This document shows, in pieces, positions 1-9,767 of a stretch of 64,000 nt of DNA; positions within the stretch are counted from its first letter, which is position 1; every line of letters begins with the position of its first letter. This DNA is from an uncultured bacterium (lineage in GTDB: Bacteria; Acidobacteriota; HRBIN11; JAKEFK01). The notes below the pieces were generated by a model. That model searched no databases. It worked only from the letters and a program-made list of their open reading frames with translations, and was not told where the DNA came from. Made by a program: the position numbers and the translations under genes. The DNA lies in the NCBI GenBank assembly GCA_963777505.1, contig CAVZQN010000003.1, positions 638,144 through 702,143 on the forward strand, given 5' to 3'.

Positions 1-452
1 GCAATTGAGATCTTGGCTTTCGTGTCTTTACCAAGAGCAATTGCAATCTCTGAGTTTTTTCCATGATGTCTTATTAGGGATAGCCCAAGAATGTAAAATG
101 CAATACCCGCACATAACAACACTACGCCATAAACTGCAACAGGCCATGCAGCAAATTTGTGTTCTCCCATCCAGCTGGTAACAAAAGGCGTTAACGATAA
201 CCAGAACAATAAGTGAAGATTGGCCCAGAGGATTTCGCCATTTACGTGGTGGGAGAGTTTAAGAAGATGATGATGGTTATTCCAGTAAATGCCTACAAAT
301 ATGAAGCTAAGCACATAGCTAAGAAATATTGGAATTAAAGGACGCAATGCCTCGATCGTTGTGCCTTCCGGTGCTTTTAATTCAAGCACCATAATCGTGA
401 TAATGATGGCTATCACACCGTCGCTGAAGGCTTCAAGTCTACCCTTATCCAT
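1..452 (-). CDS. TMEM175 (DUF1211) family K+ channel, 3' end runs off the window
   Basis: Manual translation from ATG at 452: MDKGRLEAFSDGVIAIIITIMVLELKAPEG...LSFIFVGIYWNNHHHL. RLEAFSDG and YWxxHH are TMEM175 signatures. Absent from the ORF track because truncated. Confidence 0.92.
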   Translation of the reverse strand, partial: MDKGRLEAFSDGVIAIIITIMVLELKAPEGTTIEALRPLIPIFLSYVLSFIFVGIYWNNHHHLLKLSHHVNGEILWANLHLLFWLSLTPFVTSWMGEHKFAAWPVAVYGVVLLCAGIAFYILGLSLIRHHGKNSEIAIALGKDTKAKISI

Positions 453-475
453 TTGTGCTACACTCGGACTTGCCA

Positions 476-1738
476 ATGCGGATCTTTTATTCTCTTATTT
501 ATACGCTGGCATTCCTGCTGATCTTACCCTATTTTCTGGTCGCCGGCCTCTTTCGAAACAAATATTTTGAAAGCGCGTCCCAACGGTTCGGTTTTATTCC
601 TCAGAAAAGTAAGGAACTTTCCTGCTGGGTTCATTCAGTGAGTGTCGGAGAATTCTTAGCATCAAAGCCTTTGCTTCGAAAAATTCAGGAAGTGTATCCG
701 GATCTGCCTCTTTTTATTTCAACAACGACGATCACTGGACAGAAATTAGCGTCGGAGTTTTTGCCAGGGCATTCATTTTACTTCCCGTTTGATTGGAGTT
801 GGTGTTTGCGCCGGGTTTTTAAAGCAATTCGTCCCAAAGTGATTTTAGTTCTTGAAACGGAAATCTGGCCTAATTTTCTCTGGACGGCTAAGGGTCTCGG
901 AGTGCCGATAGTTCTTATCAATGGAAGGATTTCGGACAAATCATTCCACCGTTATAAAGTTGTTCGTTCTTTGCTTCCGGAATTTTCAGAATCCTGGATG
1001 CAATCAGAAGAGGATTCAAATCGAATGAAGGATCTTGTTAAGCATCCTTCGTTTGTAAAAGTTATGGGAAATCTGAAGTTTGACTATTCCCCGCATACAA
1101 TTTCGCCGGGGTTGCGCAATTTATTGGGAAATTGGAAAGAATCGTCATTGCTGCTGATCGCAGGAAGCACGATGACTGGTGAAGAAGAAATCGTAATCAA
1201 TGCATTTAAGCAACTCTCTCTAAAATCAAACCTCAGGTTATTGATTGCTCCACGCCATCCAGACAGATTTGATGAAGTGATTCGAATGGTTTCTGCAAAG
1301 GGTTTCAAAGTTGCTCGCAGGAGCAACGACAAAACGGATCAAGAGCCAGTGATGGTTCTTGACACAATTGGCGAACTCGCTGCTGCATATGAGCTTGCAG
1401 ATGTGGTTTTTATCGGTGGCACACTTAACTATGGAGGGCATAATCCAATTGAGCCCGCCTATTATGCTAAACCGATCGTTTCAGGACCTCGATTTGAGAA
1501 TTTCCGCGCAATTTTTGAAGAATTTATTCGTAATGAAGCGTTGCTCATTACCGCTGATCTGGCTGACGCATTTTCAAAATTGATCCAAGATCAAGAACTC
1601 AGAATAAAAATGGGAAAGGCTGCACAGGACTTGATACGAAAGAACCAGGGTGCGGCCGATTTTGTTTTACAAAACATAAGGAAGTATTTGGATGATAGGA
1701 GCATTTTGGAGCCGGATTCGAAATCGTTTGTACGATAA
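476..1738 (+). CDS. waaA: 3-deoxy-D-manno-octulosonic acid (Kdo) transferase
   Basis: WVHSVSVGE, ETEIWPN, GNLKFD, APRHPDRF and GGHNPIEP motifs; ATG at 476 preferred to the upstream start in the track. Confidence 0.95.
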   Translation: MRIFYSLIYTLAFLLILPYFLVAGLFRNKYFESASQRFGFIPQKSKELSCWVHSVSVGEFLASKPLLRKIQEVYPDLPLFISTTTITGQKLASEFLPGHSFYFPFDWSWCLRRVFKAIRPKVILVLETEIWPNFLWTAKGLGVPIVLINGRISDKSFHRYKVVRSLLPEFSESWMQSEEDSNRMKDLVKHPSFVKVMGNLKFDYSPHTISPGLRNLLGNWKESSLLLIAGSTMTGEEEIVINAFKQLSLKSNLRLLIAPRHPDRFDEVIRMVSAKGFKVARRSNDKTDQEPVMVLDTIGELAAAYELADVVFIGGTLNYGGHNPIEPAYYAKPIVSGPRFENFRAIFEEFIRNEALLITADLADAFSKLIQDQELRIKMGKAAQDLIRKNQGAADFVLQNIRKYLDDRSILEPDSKSFVR

Positions 1739-2672
1739 AGGCGTTTTTTCCGTGGTCCGGCCCGATGAATTTGTGATTAGCGTTGGAAATATTACCTGGG
1801 GCGGGACTGGTAAAACGGCTCTCACGGAATATCTGACAAAAGTCTTAATCGATAAAGGTTTCAAAGTTGCAATTCTGAGTCGTGGCTATGGACGGCAAAC
1901 CCGTGGTGTTGTTGTTGTGAGTGATGGCGTAAAAATATTTGCGACATGGAATAGCGCAGGCGATGAGCCTTATTGGCTTGCGAGTAGAATTCCGGAGGCA
2001 GCGGTCGTTGTTGCAGAAACTCGCGTAGAGGGGCTCAAGGTTATTTCAAAATTCAACCCGGATGTCATTGTGCTTGATGATGCTTTTCAGCACCGTCAAA
2101 TTGACCGCGATATTGATCTTGTTCTTGTTGATGCCAGTGAAAATATCCGGAATCTTCATGTCATTCCTTTCGGTAAACTTCGTGAACCGGTCGATTCACT
2201 TCATCGCGCAAGTGCTATTGTTCTGACTCATTCAAATCACCCGCACAAAGAAACGCTGAATATGCTTAAGAGTGTTCAGGCTCCTGTTTTTCACGCAAAT
2301 TATCATCCCGTCAATTTTCAATTCAACGGTAAACGGATTGCAGCATTTTGCGGAATTGCATCACCCGATCATTTTCGAACTTTATTGGAAGAGCAGGGTG
2401 CCAAGCTTGTTTTTTTTCGTAAATTTCCGGATCATCATATATATTCCTCATCTGAGCTGAATCAGCTTCAAGACGAAGCTGTAAAGGCAGGGGCTGAAGC
2501 GCTGGTAACAACCGCCAAGGACGGAGTAAAGTTAAACGAAAGTAACTTTCGTTTACCATTCGCAATCATCCACGTAGAACTTCGGGTAGAAGAAGAGGAA
2601 AAATTTAGATCGTGGATTATTGAAAGATTGCAGTCCAGAACACAGGCAGCTGCAATAAATCATTCGTTATGA
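1692..2672 (+). CDS. lpxK: Tetraacyldisaccharide 4'-kinase
   Basis: ISVGNITWGGTGKT, LSRGYG, GDEP, LDDAFQHR and FPDHH motifs. Confidence 0.95.
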   Translation: MIGAFWSRIRNRLYDKGVFSVVRPDEFVISVGNITWGGTGKTALTEYLTKVLIDKGFKVAILSRGYGRQTRGVVVVSDGVKIFATWNSAGDEPYWLASRIPEAAVVVAETRVEGLKVISKFNPDVIVLDDAFQHRQIDRDIDLVLVDASENIRNLHVIPFGKLREPVDSLHRASAIVLTHSNHPHKETLNMLKSVQAPVFHANYHPVNFQFNGKRIAAFCGIASPDHFRTLLEEQGAKLVFFRKFPDHHIYSSSELNQLQDEAVKAGAEALVTTAKDGVKLNESNFRLPFAIIHVELRVEEEEKFRSWIIERLQSRTQAAAINHSL

Positions 2673-3613
2673 ACAAGATTCGATTTCAGGTGGAGCGCTT
2701 TTTCTTCGCGATTGTGGTTTATGGATCGCTCCTCTTTCCAAGACGTTGGTTCTTAAAACTTGGAGGATTGTTTGGGATTCTTGCGTATCATCTGGATAGC
2801 AGGCACCGAAAAATTGCCTTAAAGAACATTGCGAGTGCGCTGCCGGAACTAAGTGAGGATAAAGCGAAACAATCTATACGCGAATGCTATGGATATTTTG
2901 GAATCTATTTGTTCGATTTACTTCGATCTATTCATGGCTCAAACAAAAAGTTATATGAAGAATGCGAATATTCAGGCCTGGAGAATCTTGCAGCCGCATA
3001 CGAAAAGAAAAAAGGCGCAATTCTTTTTACAGGTCATTTTGGCGCATGGGAGGCAATGGCTGCTGCGCAGGGCTCAAAAGGTTTTCCAATGACCGTGGTT
3101 GCACGAACGTTGGATAATCCGTATTTGGAAAGATTGCTTCGAAAGTTTCGGACAAGTACCGGAAATTCTGTAATCGAAAAAACAGAAGGATTTCGTCCAA
3201 TGCTTCGCACTCTCAAAGAAGGAAAAGCTCTTGCAATTTTGATTGATCAAAATGTAACCACAGAGGATCGTATTTTTGTTGACTTTTTTGGCAGACCCGC
3301 ATCGACCACGCCTGCCCTGGCATTGTTAAAATTGAAAACCAATGCAGATTTGCTCCCCTGTTTTTCATTGCCGTTGCCTGATGGACGTTATCGTTTTGAG
3401 TATGGTGCTCCTATAAACGTTCCTTTAACAGGGGAAAGAAAACAAGATATTTTCAGAATCACTCAAGCGTGTACTTCAGTCATTGAGCAAACGATTCGAA
3501 AATACCCGCAATACTGGCTCTGGATGCATAGACGTTGGAAAACTCAGCCTTCCGCCGAAGAGCTGAATGGAGTATTCGCAACGAAGGCGCAAAGCACACA
3601 AGGGATTTCGTAA
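2669..3613 (+). CDS. lpxL: Lipid A late acyltransferase (LpxL/HtrB family)
   Basis: TGHFGAWE, LIDQ, VDFFG and PQYWLWMHRRWK motifs; lipid A gene context. Confidence 0.88.
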   Translation: MNKIRFQVERFFFAIVVYGSLLFPRRWFLKLGGLFGILAYHLDSRHRKIALKNIASALPELSEDKAKQSIRECYGYFGIYLFDLLRSIHGSNKKLYEECEYSGLENLAAAYEKKKGAILFTGHFGAWEAMAAAQGSKGFPMTVVARTLDNPYLERLLRKFRTSTGNSVIEKTEGFRPMLRTLKEGKALAILIDQNVTTEDRIFVDFFGRPASTTPALALLKLKTNADLLPCFSLPLPDGRYRFEYGAPINVPLTGERKQDIFRITQACTSVIEQTIRKYPQYWLWMHRRWKTQPSAEELNGVFATKAQSTQGIS

Positions 3614-3623
3614 AAATATTTAG

Positions 3624-4166
3624 ATGACGAAAGCAATCTTTATCGATAGAGATGGAACACTCATTCAAGAAGTTGGCTATCTGAAGATGCTTGAAGATTT
3701 GCGTTTCACTCCACGCGCTGTCAATGCACTCGAAATCTTTCATCAGCACGGGTTCATGAACATTGTTATTACGAATCAATCTGCGATTGCACGTGGAATC
3801 TTGAGTCCTAAGGAGCTGAATAAGATTCATCAAAAAATGAAACTTCTTGCGAAGGAAGAAGGCGCAATCATTGACGATATTTTTTATTGTCCTCACTTAC
3901 CGGAAGGCCGTGTCGCTCCGTTCAATGTTGAGTGCGAATGCAGAAAACCAAAACCCGGAATGATTCTTGAAGCGGCTCAGAAACATCATCTCGATTTACA
4001 AGAATGCATTGTCGTTGGAGATAAGCTTTCAGATTTACAGCTTGCTGAACAGGCAGGTGTTCGTGGCGTCTTGGTTTTAACTGGTTATGGAAACGAGACC
4101 CGGAAGGAATTACAGAATGAAATTGAGTCTTATGCAACGCTGTATGACTTTGCGATGAAATTATGA
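3624..4166 (+). CDS. gmhB: D-glycero-D-manno-heptose-1,7-bisphosphate phosphatase (HAD-IIIA)
   Basis: FIDRDGTL, TNQS, YCPH...CECRKPKPGM and VGDKLSD motifs. Confidence 0.9.
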   Translation: MTKAIFIDRDGTLIQEVGYLKMLEDLRFTPRAVNALEIFHQHGFMNIVITNQSAIARGILSPKELNKIHQKMKLLAKEEGAIIDDIFYCPHLPEGRVAPFNVECECRKPKPGMILEAAQKHHLDLQECIVVGDKLSDLQLAEQAGVRGVLVLTGYGNETRKELQNEIESYATLYDFAMKL

Positions 4167-4900
4167 ACGAAGCAATCCATTTTGAAAATGTTTCAAAAAA
4201 GTATGGCGAATTTGTTGCGGTAAAGGATTTGAATCTGCGTGTTTTGCCAGGCGAAATTTTTGGGTTTGTCGGTCCGAATGGAGCAGGTAAAACTACTACA
4301 ATCCGCATGCTTACGGGGCTTGCTTACGCTTCATCCGGATCCGTCACAATTTATGGAATGAATTACGGAAAAGATAGCCTGCCGATTAAGCAGATCCTTG
4401 GTTATATTCCTGATCGTCCTTATTTATACGAGAAACTGACTGGACGCGAATATTTGGAATTCATTTATGGAATTTATTCTTTAAATGGAAGACCGGATCG
4501 CGTCGAACATTACCTTTCCATTTTTGATTTGATTCCATGGTCGGGTGAGCTTGTAGAAAGTTATTCCCATGGGATGAAACAAAGACTGGCTTTTGCGGCC
4601 GCTTTATTACACGAGCCAAAAGTTCTAGTCATTGATGAGCCGATGGTGGGACTCGATCCAAAAGGTGTCCGGCTCGTTAAGGATTTGTTGCGTGACCTCG
4701 CCGCAAAAGAGAATGTGGCGATTTTTGTGTCTACACACAATCTTGAAATGGCCGAACAAATCTGCCACAACATCGGAATTATTCATGAAGGACAATTGCT
4801 CGCATGCGATACGTTTGAAGGCTTACGCAAACAGGCTTCATTACCGGATTCGCGATTGGAAGATATTTTCATGCGCCTTACAACGGAGGAAGTTCGATAA
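4163..4900 (+). CDS. ABC-2 type transporter ATP-binding protein
   Basis: Walker A GPNGAGKT, signature YSHGMKQR, Walker B LVIDEP. Confidence 0.93.
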   Translation: MNEAIHFENVSKKYGEFVAVKDLNLRVLPGEIFGFVGPNGAGKTTTIRMLTGLAYASSGSVTIYGMNYGKDSLPIKQILGYIPDRPYLYEKLTGREYLEFIYGIYSLNGRPDRVEHYLSIFDLIPWSGELVESYSHGMKQRLAFAAALLHEPKVLVIDEPMVGLDPKGVRLVKDLLRDLAAKENVAIFVSTHNLEMAEQICHNIGIIHEGQLLACDTFEGLRKQASLPDSRLEDIFMRLTTEEVR

Positions 4901-4931
4901 ATAATCTCTGCGTCTCTGCGGTAAAAGTAAA

Positions 4932-6569
4932 ATGAACGGCTTTCGCGAATTTAACCGGCTTTATCTCCGCACTGTGCGCCACTTTTTGGTGCCATTCCGC
5001 TTACGAATTTATTTTCCAATGGTCGCACTGATTCTGCTTGCGGCCGGGCTTTTGACAATTGAGTTCTTAGGCTTTCGAAAAATATTTCTTTACATGAATA
5101 GCCTGCAAGATCTGACTGCAATGTTTGTGCAATTCTTGCTGGAACGATTTCTTGGGTTGATTTTCTTGATCTCTTATTCCATGGTTTTCATGAGCAGCAT
5201 CATTAACGGACTGTCAACATATTTTCTTTCGGCCAATTTGCCTTTTCTTCACACCTTACCCGTTCCACGTTGGCGTATCCTGACGCTCAAATTTATTGAG
5301 ACCTGGGCCATAAGCTGTTATCTCATCTTGATGTTTCTTGGATTCTTTTTAGCTTCCTATGTTCATACATTTGATCTGGGTTGGCCGCGCTACTTTTTAT
5401 GTGCAGTGCTTTTGGTGATTTTCACAATTTCGCCAGTAGCATTGGGAAGCGCTGTAGTCACTATCTTGATGCGATTTTTTCCAGCACGCCGGATCTATCA
5501 AGTGGTCACATTGATCGGTGGAATTTTTCTTGCCGCTCTTATGATCGCAGTTCGTATGATGCGTCCGGAACTTCTTATGAATCCTAAAGACACTGATGAC
5601 TTTGTTAAGTTAATAAAAGACATGACGTTTCCGACATTGAATCATCTTCCAAGTTCATGGGCGGCGGCGATTGTGATCCATGGAGATCTTACAAAATCGA
5701 TACTTCTTTTTGCTTTTACAGCAGGGACTATTGGTGTCCTTGCGATCGTTCAAACTGTCTTTTATCAAAGAGCGTATGTCCATTCGCAAGAAAGTCGTGC
5801 GTTAAAGGCGCAGCGAACTTCATCTAAACTTTCAAAAACTGTAAAACGCGGAAAGATCGCAAGTTTAATATTCAAGGAATTAAAGATTTTTACACGCGAT
5901 GCGACTCAATGGTCACAACTCCTTTTGCTTGGTGCACTTGTAGTTGTGTATCTGATCAATATTAAAAATCTTGCAATTCAAATGCCGATGGTACGCTGGG
6001 TTGTGAGTTTTATTAATCTTGGATTGGCTGGATTTGTACTGGCTGCTTTAAGCGTTCGCTTTTTATTTCCATCTGTTTCTTCCGAAGGGCGTTGCTTTTG
6101 GTTGATAAAGACTTTACCGCTTTCTTTCCGGACACTCCTGTGGTGCAAGTACTTAATTTACTTCGTGCCGTTTATGTTTTTTACGCAGTTGCTTGTGTAC
6201 TTCTCAAACAGAATTCTGGAAGTTCCTTCATTCTTTATTCAGCTTTCAATGGCAAATATTTTTGCCGTTTCTGTTGCCTTAACCGGTCTTGCAATCGGGA
6301 TCGGAGCACTTATGCCGAATTTTCGGACTGATCATCCATCAAAAATCGCTGTCGGCCCTGGCGGTGTTTTATATATGCTACTCAGCTTTCTTTATCTAGG
6401 CATCATGTTGATGATCCAAATCCGGCCTGTGTGGTATCACGTTATTCAACGGCCGGAGCAGATTTGGGGCATTGCATATGCAGGAGCTGCAATTCTTTTA
6501 ACTCTGATTGTTGCAATTCTTCCGATGGAACTTGGCGCGCGGCGTCTTGCAAACCGAGAATATCTATAG
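4932..6569 (+). CDS. Putative ABC exporter permease (multi-TM)
   Basis: About 12-14 hydrophobic segments; KELKIFTRD and PSVSSEGRCFW motifs; follows the ATPase gene. Confidence 0.8.
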   Translation: MNGFREFNRLYLRTVRHFLVPFRLRIYFPMVALILLAAGLLTIEFLGFRKIFLYMNSLQDLTAMFVQFLLERFLGLIFLISYSMVFMSSIINGLSTYFLSANLPFLHTLPVPRWRILTLKFIETWAISCYLILMFLGFFLASYVHTFDLGWPRYFLCAVLLVIFTISPVALGSAVVTILMRFFPARRIYQVVTLIGGIFLAALMIAVRMMRPELLMNPKDTDDFVKLIKDMTFPTLNHLPSSWAAAIVIHGDLTKSILLFAFTAGTIGVLAIVQTVFYQRAYVHSQESRALKAQRTSSKLSKTVKRGKIASLIFKELKIFTRDATQWSQLLLLGALVVVYLINIKNLAIQMPMVRWVVSFINLGLAGFVLAALSVRFLFPSVSSEGRCFWLIKTLPLSFRTLLWCKYLIYFVPFMFFTQLLVYFSNRILEVPSFFIQLSMANIFAVSVALTGLAIGIGALMPNFRTDHPSKIAVGPGGVLYMLLSFLYLGIMLMIQIRPVWYHVIQRPEQIWGIAYAGAAILLTLIVAILPMELGARRLANREYL

Positions 6570-6593
6570 ATCACTGCGTCTCTGCGGTAAAAA

Positions 6594-7598
6594 ATGAGAT
6601 ATTCAAGACAAGAGCTATTTAAACCGATTGGCAAAGATGGCCAGCGAAAGATTCGTGAATCTGTGGTGGCCATCGTTGGATGTGGTGCGCTTGGATCTTT
6701 GCAAGCTGAAGTATTAACGCGTGCAGGGATTGGTAAGCTCATCTTAATTGATCGAGATTTTGTAGAACAATCCAATTTGCAACGCCAGTCCTTGTTTCAG
6801 GAAACGGATGCAGAACGCGTTGTGCCAAAAGCTGCTGCCGCCGCTGAACGCCTTGCATTGATGAATAGCGAAGTGGAAATTATTCCACATGTCGCGGATC
6901 TTGGACCTGATACTTTACATCTCTTAAAAGGAGCAAACTTAATTCTGGATGGGACCGATAATTTTCAAGTTCGGTTTTTGCTGAATGATTATTGTTGGAA
7001 AGAAAATGTGCCGTGGATTTATGGCGCTTGTGTGGGATCGAGCGGAACCGCTGCTCCATTTTTGCCGCCATCTTTTCCGTGTTTGCGCTGCATTTTTGAA
7101 TCGGAACCTCCACCAGGTTCTGCGCCGACTTGCGATACAGCAGGAATTTTATGGCCCGCGGTTGGCACAGTCGTGAGCTACCAGATTACAGCCGCATTCA
7201 AACTTTTGACCGGCAACGAAGTGAAGCCTGAAATCATGCAAATGGACTTATGGAATGGTGAGTATCGAATTCTTTCGCTGGCAAAAGCGAAGAGAAATGA
7301 TTGTCAAACTTGTGGACTACACCAATTCCCAGCATTACAGATTCAGGCAATTCAGGAAACCGCTCTTTGTGGACGCGATGCTGTTCAAATTCGACCGCCA
7401 AAATCAGGATCACTCGATCTTGATTCGATTTACAAACGTTGGGAATTGATCGGAGCAAGCCGGCGTAACCCTTTTCTTGTAAAGCTTGCACTTCCAGAAA
7501 ATGAAATTGTGTTATTTGCCGATGGCAGAGCCATCATCAAAGGAACTTCTGACTTTACTCGCGCTCGCAATCTTTATGCAAAATACATCGGAAACTAG
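6594..7598 (+). CDS. ThiF/MoeB family adenylyltransferase
   Basis: RYSRQ, VGCGALGS, IDRDFVEQSNLQRQ, DGTDNF, CLRC, TCDTAG and CQTC motifs. Confidence 0.92.
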   Translation: MRYSRQELFKPIGKDGQRKIRESVVAIVGCGALGSLQAEVLTRAGIGKLILIDRDFVEQSNLQRQSLFQETDAERVVPKAAAAAERLALMNSEVEIIPHVADLGPDTLHLLKGANLILDGTDNFQVRFLLNDYCWKENVPWIYGACVGSSGTAAPFLPPSFPCLRCIFESEPPPGSAPTCDTAGILWPAVGTVVSYQITAAFKLLTGNEVKPEIMQMDLWNGEYRILSLAKAKRNDCQTCGLHQFPALQIQAIQETALCGRDAVQIRPPKSGSLDLDSIYKRWELIGASRRNPFLVKLALPENEIVLFADGRAIIKGTSDFTRARNLYAKYIGN

Positions 7599-8766
7599 GA
7601 ACAAAAACTCACCGCAAAGACCCAAAGTTTATTTGGATAATGCAGCAACAACATTTCCAAAGCCTGAGGGCGTTTACGAAAAAACATTCAAGTTTTTACG
7701 TGAATCTGCCGGGAATCCCGGACGTGGCGGTCATTATTTTGCAAATGCGTCCCGCCAGATTGTCGAAGAAGCACGGAACAGAGTTGCACGTTTTCTGGGA
7801 GTTCGTGATCCGAAACGTGTAATTTTTACTTCCAACTGCACCGACTCGATCAACATGGTCTTAAAAGGTTACTTGAAACCGGGTTCGCATGTTATTGCGA
7901 GCAACCTGGATCACAATGCTGTCTCCAGGCCGCTTGAATCTCTTAAGCGTGACGGATTGATCGAACTGACACGGATTCCATTCGAAGCTCAAGGTTATCT
8001 GACGGCTGAAAGCATCAGTGGGGCTATTCGAGATAGTACTACACTTATAGTACTAACACACGGCTCTAACGTTCTTGGCACAATCCAAAATCTGGACGAC
8101 ATTGCTTCCATCGCGAGGGCAACAGGAATCCCACTGCTTGTCGATGCTGCACAAACCGCAGGCAGGATTGCAATGATTGCAGATTCAGCTCCCATGTTTA
8201 TTGCTTGTTCTGCGCACAAAGGACTTTTGGGTCTTCCCGGACTTGGAATTCTAACGCTTCCTGAAAATGCAACATTGCGTCCTATGCGTGAAGGGGGGAC
8301 CGGTACTTCATCCGAAAGTGTAATCCATCCTGAACAACTTCCTGAACGCCTTGAAGCAGGAACACCAAATGTTGCCGCCATCGCATCGATCCGTTATGCT
8401 CTCGATTTTATTGAAACCGAAGGCATCGAAACAATTCATCGGAAAGAAATGGCGCTAATCCATCGGCTTGTTGAAAAACTCAGAGGAAATGATCGGATTA
8501 TTGTGTATTCAGATCCTGAAAAAGGACCTCATGTTGCTGTCGTCGCTTTGAATGTGCGGGACATCCCGGCAGAAGAAGTTTCAGCAATTCTGGATCAGAA
8601 TTTCGGAATTGCGGTCCGAGCCGGTCTTCATTGTGCAGCTGTCTTGCATCAACAATTAGGAACACTGCCGGGCGGATGTTTGCGCATCAGCCCGGGCGTT
8701 TTTAATTCAAATGAAGATATCGATCAAATTGCGGAAGCTTTAAACCAAATCATCGAACAATATTAA
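7576..8766 (+). CDS. Cysteine desulfurase family protein (class V PLP aminotransferase)
   Basis: YLDNAATT, NPGRGGH, DAAQTAG, SAHK, EAGTPN and RAGLHCA motifs; nearest in-frame ATG is at 7576. Confidence 0.9.
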   Translation: MQNTSETRNKNSPQRPKVYLDNAATTFPKPEGVYEKTFKFLRESAGNPGRGGHYFANASRQIVEEARNRVARFLGVRDPKRVIFTSNCTDSINMVLKGYLKPGSHVIASNLDHNAVSRPLESLKRDGLIELTRIPFEAQGYLTAESISGAIRDSTTLIVLTHGSNVLGTIQNLDDIASIARATGIPLLVDAAQTAGRIAMIADSAPMFIACSAHKGLLGLPGLGILTLPENATLRPMREGGTGTSSESVIHPEQLPERLEAGTPNVAAIASIRYALDFIETEGIETIHRKEMALIHRLVEKLRGNDRIIVYSDPEKGPHVAVVALNVRDIPAEEVSAILDQNFGIAVRAGLHCAAVLHQQLGTLPGGCLRISPGVFNSNEDIDQIAEALNQIIEQY

Positions 8767-8768
8767 GG

Positions 8769-9134
8769 CTAGGAATTATCGCCTGATGGCGTTGGAGCGG
8801 TCAGCTCATCTTTTTCTTGTTCTGCTTCAAAAGCTCGCTTTCCTTCATCATATGCATCTCGGACTTTCGATTTTTTCTGATCGTAAAAAGTCTTCGCCTG
8901 AGAAATGCCATCGGAGGCGCGATTTTTTAAACGGCTGATTTCGATTTCTGCTTTATCTCGAACTCTTCCATATTCCTGTTTGAGATTGTCCGATACTTCA
9001 TCAGTCCTTTCCCGGATCCGTTGGCGGGTTTGTTCTCCTGAAGCAGGAGCAAACAAAAGAGCAACTGTTGCACCAACGAAGCTACCCAGCAAAAATGAGA
9101 ACATTAAATCCAGAGAATTATCACGTCGTGCCAT
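8769..9134 (-). CDS. YtxH domain protein
   Basis: FLLGSFVGATVALLFAPASGEQTR followed by a helical tail; GGAGG RBS. Confidence 0.85.
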   Translation of the reverse strand: MARRDNSLDLMFSFLLGSFVGATVALLFAPASGEQTRQRIRERTDEVSDNLKQEYGRVRDKAEIEISRLKNRASDGISQAKTFYDQKKSKVRDAYDEGKRAFEAEQEKDELTAPTPSGDNS

Positions 9135-9148
9135 ATTACCTCCTGTAG

Positions 9149-9556
9149 CTATCTTTCAGTTTCGTCATACTCGTCATATTCTTCGTATTCGTAAGACCCA
9201 TCCCGTTTCATTAAGTGCTTAACCCCATAACCGATCCCTGCAAGTAAACTCTTAATTCCGGTCACCGGTTTTGTGACGAATGTCGTTACGCTGTGAACTT
9301 GTTGAACAATTCCGCGTGTCGAAGCAACGACATCCTGCAATTGTTGAACCTGTTGATCGAGATTGGCGGTGATTGACTTAACATTGTAAAGAATTTCTTG
9401 TGAATTCCGGATGGTAAATTCCATCTCCTTGATCGTCCGACGGAGCTGTCTTAAAGTCGGAATAATCTCACGTATAAGTCTGTAGAGTAAAATTAAGCCG
9501 CCGAACAAAAGTAACAAAAAGAGCGCAGCAATCACCTGCCAGATCGTCAGCGACAT
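9149..9556 (-). CDS. DUF948/YtxG-like single-TM coiled-coil protein
   Basis: N-terminal TM plus heptad helix; next to YtxH as in the ytxGH arrangement. Confidence 0.65.
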   Translation of the reverse strand: MSLTIWQVIAALFLLLLFGGLILLYRLIREIIPTLRQLRRTIKEMEFTIRNSQEILYNVKSITANLDQQVQQLQDVVASTRGIVQQVHSVTTFVTKPVTGIKSLLAGIGYGVKHLMKRDGSYEYEEYDEYDETER

Positions 9557-9669
9557 GAGTCCAATCTAAGCACAAAACTCCTCAAAGTCAACGAAACTTA
9601 GACGGAAGAGTGCATCTTTTGATCACTGCAAATGCGCTTCAACACAAGGCTTGCAGTCATTGCTTTGCA

Positions 9670-9698
9670 TGGACGCTCATTAGTCTGCATGTTATAAT
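9670..9698 (+). promoter_or_regulatory. Sigma70-type promoter for the EF-G paralogue (extended -10)
   Basis: TGGACG-N17-TATAAT with TG one base upstream of the -10. Confidence 0.55.
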
Positions 9699-9767
9699 TT
9701 TTGTTCCTTTCAGGGACAGAAAAATACTAAATCGAAGTGTCCAATTTACTTGGAGGATTGAGAGCGT

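Noticed and set aside
7486-7575. N-terminal extensions in the ORF track (also 15557-15616, 37360-37401, 41897-41989, 42904-42948, 53977-54081)
   Set aside because: They overlap upstream genes, repeats or promoters; downstream starts fit homology or RBS position better.
9156-9194. 9-bp periodic repeat
   Set aside because: Simply encodes the acidic YEYEEYDEYDE tail of the 9149-9556 protein.
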